In this document: piece after piece, positions 45,933 to 52,319 of the stretch
Layout: every line of letters begins with the position of its first letter
Position numbering within the stretch: the first letter of the stretch is position 1
Assembly (NCBI GenBank): GCA_051745565.1
Contig: JBNJEF010000001.1
Location: 1 to 52,319, forward strand
Length of the DNA stretch: 52,319 nt
Reading direction: 5' to 3'
Source: Patescibacteria group bacterium
GTDB lineage: Bacteria; Patescibacteriota; Minisyncoccia; Phycocordibacterales; CSBR16-193
Notes under the pieces: generated by a model
Databases searched by the model: none
Told to the model about the DNA's origin: nothing
Seen by the model: only the letters and a program-made list of their open reading frames with translations
Translations under genes and position numbers: made by a program

Positions 45933-47429
45933 ATGAGAGAAAAGTTTGCGAGCAAAGAGGTCGGATATGTGACTCAGGTAAATAACTATCTTTTGACCAT
46001 AAAGGGTCTGCCAAGTGTAAGGGTCAATGATATTATCACCGACAGAAAGAGCAGAAGAGCGGTCATTCATTCCCTGCATGCTGATTCCGTCAGAGCTTTA
46101 TCTTTAAGTAAGGAGCCCGTTGACCCGGGGGCGGAGTTTTTTCTTGATAGAGAAAGCGGGAGGATGAATATGGGTGATCATCTAAAGGGCGGTGTAGTTA
46201 ATGCTTTAGGTAAATCGGTTATCTCTTCCGAAGGCAGGGATCGTGCAAATAGTGGAGCTTCCCGTGATCTGGAATTTGATGTGAAAGCTAAAAACATTGA
46301 CTCCAGAGATTTCATAAAAGACCAACTTGTTACCGGTTTCGCTCTTATAGATACGATAGTTCCGGTAGGTAAGGGTCAGCGGGAACTTGTTTATGGTCCC
46401 ATACATAGCGGTAAAAAAGAGTTTTTGCAAAGTATTGTAATAAACCAAAAGAAACAGAAGAACATATGCATTTACGCCGCTATAGGTAAACCGGCTATTT
46501 TCACCTCTCGTTTAATAAAAGTACTTAAAGACAATGATGCTCTTGATAACACCGTTATTGTTTCGGCTCTTTCTGATGATCCTGCTCCCATGATAACCGT
46601 AGCACCTTCCACTGCTTTCCTTATAGCGGAGCACTTCTGTTCCAAGGGTGAAGATGTTGTTTTGATATTGGATGATCTGGGAATACATGCCAAGTATATA
46701 AGAGAGTCCGCTCTCTTGTCTGGCCAGTTCCCCGGAAGGGAATCTTATCCGGGTGATATTTTCTACCAGCATGCTCATCTTATGGAAAGGAGTGGGAGTT
46801 TTAATGAAAAACAAGGCAATGGCACTATAACTCTCTTTCCCGTTTTGGAAACGGATGTTGAGAGTTTTTCTAATATAATACCCACTAATCTTATGGCTTC
46901 AACAGATGGGCATCTTTTCTTTTCGGCGGAGATGCATGCTGAAGGCTTTAAGCCGGCGGTTTCCATATTACAATCCGTTACTCGTGTAGGACATATGACG
47001 CATAACAATTTACAAAGAGGCCTTTCCACTAAGCTTATGAATGTTCTCTCGGAGTATCCTCGTCAACAGGAGTATAGCAGGTTCGGTACACAGATGAGCG
47101 AACACACCCGTGACATCCTTAAAAAGGGCAGAGTGATATATGAGCTCTTAAATCAAAACCACGGAGAGTTAATGACTGTTGGGACCCAATTAATACTCCT
47201 TTCACTTGTATTCACTTCTTTTTTTGATAGCGAAAAAAGAGATGTTGATTTTGTAAGGTTTGAAAGAGAGAACTTGATAAAGGCCGCAAATGAAAGTGAT
47301 ATTTTCAAAAAAGCCAGAGAGCAGGCAGACTTGGGGGAGATCGGTGTTGATGATTTTATTTACGTAATAGAAGAAGGTGTCAAAGATCTCAGCGCACTTT
47401 TTGATTCCAAAGATAAAAATGAGAACTGA
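45933..47429 (+). CDS. atpA: F-type ATP synthase subunit alpha, divergent P-loop
   Basis: The alpha/beta fold is recognisable (GKGQRELVYGPIHSGKK, ILDDLGIHA, FPGRESYPGDIFYQHAHLMERSG, ITLFPVLET). The Walker A reads GPIHSGKK rather than the canonical GDRQTGKT. Confidence 0.85.
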   Translation: MREKFASKEVGYVTQVNNYLLTIKGLPSVRVNDIITDRKSRRAVIHSLHADSVRALSLSKEPVDPGAEFFLDRESGRMNMGDHLKGGVVNALGKSVISSEGRDRANSGASRDLEFDVKAKNIDSRDFIKDQLVTGFALIDTIVPVGKGQRELVYGPIHSGKKEFLQSIVINQKKQKNICIYAAIGKPAIFTSRLIKVLKDNDALDNTVIVSALSDDPAPMITVAPSTAFLIAEHFCSKGEDVVLILDDLGIHAKYIRESALLSGQFPGRESYPGDIFYQHAHLMERSGSFNEKQGNGTITLFPVLETDVESFSNIIPTNLMASTDGHLFFSAEMHAEGFKPAVSILQSVTRVGHMTHNNLQRGLSTKLMNVLSEYPRQQEYSRFGTQMSEHTRDILKKGRVIYELLNQNHGELMTVGTQLILLSLVFTSFFDSEKRDVDFVRFERENLIKAANESDIFKKAREQADLGEIGVDDFIYVIEEGVKDLSALFDSKDKNEN

Positions 47430-47459
47430 TCCTTTGTTCCCTGAACAATTTTTGTCCTT

Positions 47460-49699
<2,240 letters not shown>

Positions 49700-49718
49700 T
49701 AGATCATACATTTGAAAT

Positions 49719-49740
49719 CGGCAAATTTGTCGTTTTTTTA
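49719..49740 (+). terminator. short hairpin plus T7 tract after atpD
   Basis: cggcaaatttgtcg is a near-palindrome followed by ttttttt. The stem is weak. Confidence 0.4.
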
Positions 49741-49773
49741 TTTGCCACAAATATAAAATCGTTTCCAAATTAG

Positions 49774-49814
49774 TGGCTCATCTCGGCCGTATCTCGGTTA
49801 TATCTGTTTATTTT
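49774..49814. repeat. left arm of 41-bp inverted repeat pair
   Basis: tggctcatctcggccgtatctcggttatatctgtttatttt matches the reverse complement of 50538-50578 at 35 of 41 positions. It contains iterated ATCTCGG units. Confidence 0.85.
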
Positions 49815-50133
49815 TAATTATAAATTAAAAGTTATGATCATCCTGAATAGTGTAACTTCAATAACCTGTAGTTGAATTGAACAATGTTGTGCTTTATGAG
49901 GTCACGGCCTCTCTCTGACTCTTAAACATTCCATCGGGAGTAGCGTCCCATCTTTTCTCTTTGGTTTTGTAATGTGTTTAATAATTATGAAGCTTCTCGT
50001 AAGTTCAGGCTTATTTTGAGTATCCCCCGGTTTAATGGAGTCTGCAAAAATAAGCAGAAATGATATGACTAATATTAGTATGGAACTTATAGCATCATAA
50101 CGATGCCAGTCTATTAGTTTTAAGTAGGATTTT

Positions 50134-50415
50134 TTATACGTTTGCGTATATTTTTATCTCGTTCTCTTTTGCGTACAGGAGAGAGCGAGGAAAAGTGAAT
50201 TTCTTCTCCTCTTTACTTTCAGTTTTAACCACTATAGGGGTGTCTTTAAGTATGGTTATAAAATTGGCGTGTTGAGGTAGTACATCAAATGGTCCACTGG
50301 TATTTTCGGCAGAAATGGATTGTGCGTAACCTTCCCATACCACTTCACCCAAAGAGATGATGCGCACGCTTAAAAGGGTTTGATCCTTTTCTTTAGACTC
50401 TTCGTTTTTATTCAT
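50134..50415 (-). CDS. atpC: F-type ATP synthase subunit epsilon, beta-sandwich domain only, encoded antisense to the rest of the operon
   Basis: LSVRIISLGEVVWEGYAQSISAENTSGPFDVLPQHANFITILKDTPIVV aligns with the epsilon N-terminal domain (G.fgiLpgHapl.t.L). There is no C-terminal helical hairpin. The track start at 50424 is TTG; ATG 50415 is used. Confidence 0.75.
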   Translation of the reverse strand: MNKNEESKEKDQTLLSVRIISLGEVVWEGYAQSISAENTSGPFDVLPQHANFITILKDTPIVVKTESKEEKKFTFPRSLLYAKENEIKIYANV

Positions 50416-50500
50416 ATATAGCAATTATATCATCTCAAACTATCTTTTTTTGGGTGTTACACACACTATCCACAGTAGCGGTTTCTCCTCTATCTCTGTC

Positions 50501-50509
50501 TGTTATAAT
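50501..50509 (+). promoter_or_regulatory. extended -10 promoter element facing the downstream large gene
   Basis: TGtTATAAT lies about 30 bp inside the right inverted-repeat arm and 100 nt upstream of ATG 50609. The -35 region is weak. AT-rich background lowers its specificity. Confidence 0.35.
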
Positions 50510-50537
50510 TAGATAACGAGACCAAAGAGAGGTACGT

Positions 50538-50578
50538 AAAATAATCCGAGATAACCGAGATACCGCCTAGATGAGACA
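50538..50578. repeat. right arm of 41-bp inverted repeat pair
   Basis: aaaataatccgagataaccgagataccgcctagatgagaca contains iterated CCGAGAT units. It is the partner of 49774-49814. Confidence 0.85.
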
Positions 50579-50608
50579 TTTTTTATATCTCGCTTATATA
50601 TCATCCTA

Positions 50609-52319
50609 ATGGAGGAGGCAAACGAAAGAAAATATATTCCAACACGGGAAGCTTCCAGGCTTACCGGATACACAACCGATTACATAGGTCAGCTTTGTCG
50701 TTCAGGTTTGGTGCTTTGTCGTAAGGATGTAAAGGGTTGGTTAGTGGATAGAGATGATCTTCTAAGATACAAAGAAGGCATATCCGCCGGTATACCCCAA
50801 AGTGAGAATACGCCTTTTAATATCAAAGTTCCTTATACAACAAATCAAACGGATAGCTTTGCTAAAACAGAAAAAAAAGGATCTGATCAGATCTCTTCTG
50901 ATCCTGTTTCTATTTCGTCTGACAATATAACTCAATCCGAAACTGCACCTTATTTGGGAATGGTAAGCAAAAAAGGATCCGGGGTTAATTTAATGGAAAA
51001 AGAAGAGAAGGAAAACGAGGTTTCTGAGGTCCACGATCAAGAAGGAGAAGTCAGTGAAAATGATCGTGTTAAAGATAAGTTCTTTTCCAAATTGGCCGTC
51101 ACAGTTATTTTATTTCTACTGTTCTTTTTGTCATCTTTCGGTATCTTGCAAGCCATCGGCTCTACGGAGGCAGGTGGCAGAGTGATATCAAATGCCACCG
51201 AGACTGCCGGGTTAATCGCTTCGTCCATTCTTGGCGATACCGAAGTTAAGAAGTATCTTCCCAATTTTATGTTGGCCCAGACAGGATCGGATTCTGAAAC
51301 CGAAGATACTTCGCAGGAAGTTGAAGCAGATCTGGAATCAATACCTATGGATCAGTTTGAAGGGGCAAGAGAGGTCCCTGCCGGGGATGCTTTTCCCAGA
51401 ATAGCCGAGGGTCTAGGTCTTTTGGAGATAAACGTTGACACACTCTTAAGCGAGGATCTGGAGGTGGCGGGAGATTCCACTTTCCAAGCGGTTGATATTC
51501 TGGGTCCTTTTAGTGTTGAGGGTCTTTTTACAGCCGGCGGAGGTTTGAATGTTATCGGTCCGGCCGATCTAGAAACTCTATCAGTTTCCGGTGAGAGTGA
51601 ATTTGTCGGTTTAACTACCATAAATGATCTCAATGTTGAAGGAATCGCCGAATTTTCAAACTCCGCTTCGTTCGCTGATATAACTGTTACTGAACCCAGT
51701 GAATTTATGGCTACTACCAGATTTTCAGAATTGGAAGTTACCGGCACCAGCACCTTTACTGGAACCAGCACTTTCCAAGCTCCTTCTATGTTCACGGAAC
51801 TAACCGTTTCAACTTCTACTGAGCTTATGGGAACAACAACGGTACTTGGTTCCAGTCGTTTCTTTGAAAGTTTAAGGGCTACCGGAGGAGTTTTAACAGG
51901 CGGCGCTGATATAGATCTTCAAGGAGGAAGACTACTTGGAACTGATCTTGTTCAGAATGTGGAAGCGGGATCGCAGATAAGGATAAATGAAGTTGAAGAA
52001 GGAGTTTTTCGTATAAGTTCTACTGCCGGAAGTGGTGCTCCTACTGCCGGTGAAGACATTGCGGTTGATGGCAGAGAAGTCTCTAATATTTCCACCATAG
52101 GATCAGTTGCGGAAAGAACATCAGGAATTTCTTGGGATGACGGTCGTGAGCGTATGACCATAGGAGGAACTTCAACACTGGATCACGGTTTGGACATAGA
52201 AGGAACTCTCTCCGTGACAGGCACCACCACCTTAGCCGGAGTGGAATACAGCTGGCCGGGAGATGCCGGTCTTGAAGATCAAGTTTTGGTTACTGACGGC
52301 AATGGTGATCTTTCGTGGA
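50609..52319 (+). CDS. large membrane-anchored protein: N-terminal HTH (MerR/excisionase-like), one TM, and an extracytoplasmic repetitive beta-helix/fibre-like region (partial, continues beyond window)
   Basis: Manual translation gives 570 codons with no stop to the window end. The ORF is absent from the track because it lacks a stop. HTH: YIPTREASRLTGYTTDYIGQLCRSG. TM: LAVTVILFLLFFLSSFGIL (about 51080-51160). After that come degenerate repeats of roughly 14-15 aa rich in G/T/S/V (LEVAGDSTFQAV, LSVSGESEFVGL, LEVTGTSTFTGTSTF) and YSWPGDAGLEDQVLVTDGNGDLSW. Confidence 0.8.
   Translation, partial: MEEANERKYIPTREASRLTGYTTDYIGQLCRSGLVLCRKDVKGWLVDRDDLLRYKEGISAGIPQSENTPFNIKVPYTTNQTDSFAKTEKKGSDQISSDPVSISSDNITQSETAPYLGMVSKKGSGVNLMEKEEKENEVSEVHDQEGEVSENDRVKDKFFSKLAVTVILFLLFFLSSFGILQAIGSTEAGGRVISNATETAGLIASSILGDTEVKKYLPNFMLAQTGSDSETEDTSQEVEADLESIPMDQFEGAREVPAGDAFPRIAEGLGLLEINVDTLLSEDLEVAGDSTFQAVDILGPFSVEGLFTAGGGLNVIGPADLETLSVSGESEFVGLTTINDLNVEGIAEFSNSASFADITVTEPSEFMATTRFSELEVTGTSTFTGTSTFQAPSMFTELTVSTSTELMGTTTVLGSSRFFESLRATGGVLTGGADIDLQGGRLLGTDLVQNVEAGSQIRINEVEEGVFRISSTAGSGAPTAGEDIAVDGREVSNISTIGSVAERTSGISWDDGRERMTIGGTSTLDHGLDIEGTLSVTGTTTLAGVEYSWPGDAGLEDQVLVTDGNGDLSW

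Noticed and set aside
49815-50133. Hidden recombinase or small gene in the 330-bp ORF-free part of the inverted-repeat-flanked segment
   Set aside because: Manual scanning of both strands found only very short ORFs (under 20 codons), with no ORF listed in the 60-aa-minimum track. Nothing is long enough for an invertase. The region is left as noncoding.
51037-52161. Minus-strand ORFs 51037-51264, 51352-51795 and 51952-52161
   Set aside because: They are shadow ORFs antisense to the long uninterrupted plus-strand frame that starts at 50609. Their sequences are Ser/Pro/Thr-rich mirror images of the G/T/S repeats.

Overview
Low-GC (about 40% by eye) bacterial chromosomal window. Gene content and style suggest a reduced, fermentative Candidate Phyla Radiation / Patescibacteria-like genome: short intergenic gaps, minimised housekeeping proteins, PFOR plus ADP-forming acetyl-CoA synthetase, GH57/GH15 glucan genes, class II RNR, and almost no Shine-Dalgarno motifs. 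This lineage assignment is inference. Layout from left to right: (1) a possible 16S rRNA 3' tip at the window edge, tRNA-Ile(GAU), and decayed tRNA-derived repeats. (2) pyk convergent with a nine-gene minus-strand pyruvate/PEP cluster (glycerate kinase, ppsA, 2-hydroxyacid dehydrogenase, eno, acd beta/alpha, ferredoxin, 2-oxoacid:ferredoxin oxidoreductase). (3) A structured intergenic region, then tRNA-Leu(CAG). (4) murD, murC, a GHL-type hydrolase, a soluble VirD4/TraD-like ATPase, murB, an H1-like protein, secA, DedA and an AI-2E transporter. (5) A glycogen module: GT, GH57, an acidic protein and GH15. (6) A holin-4-like protein, MYG1, obg and gatB. (7) rnpB on the minus strand. (8) pheS, pheT, DUF192 and nrdJ. 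(9) Two paralogous membrane proteins followed by atpF-H-A-G-D. (10) atpC inverted inside a segment flanked by 41-bp inverted repeats. (11) A large membrane-anchored HTH/beta-helix-like protein that runs off the window. No CRISPR array, transposase, integrase or recognisable defence genes were seen. The most unusual items are an oversized RNase P RNA whose three peripheral helices share an identical 13-bp stem, the candidate invertible segment carrying atpC with an outward-facing promoter, the atp operon lacking adjacent a/c genes, the tRNA-derived repeat array, and a repeat-rich candidate sRNA locus.
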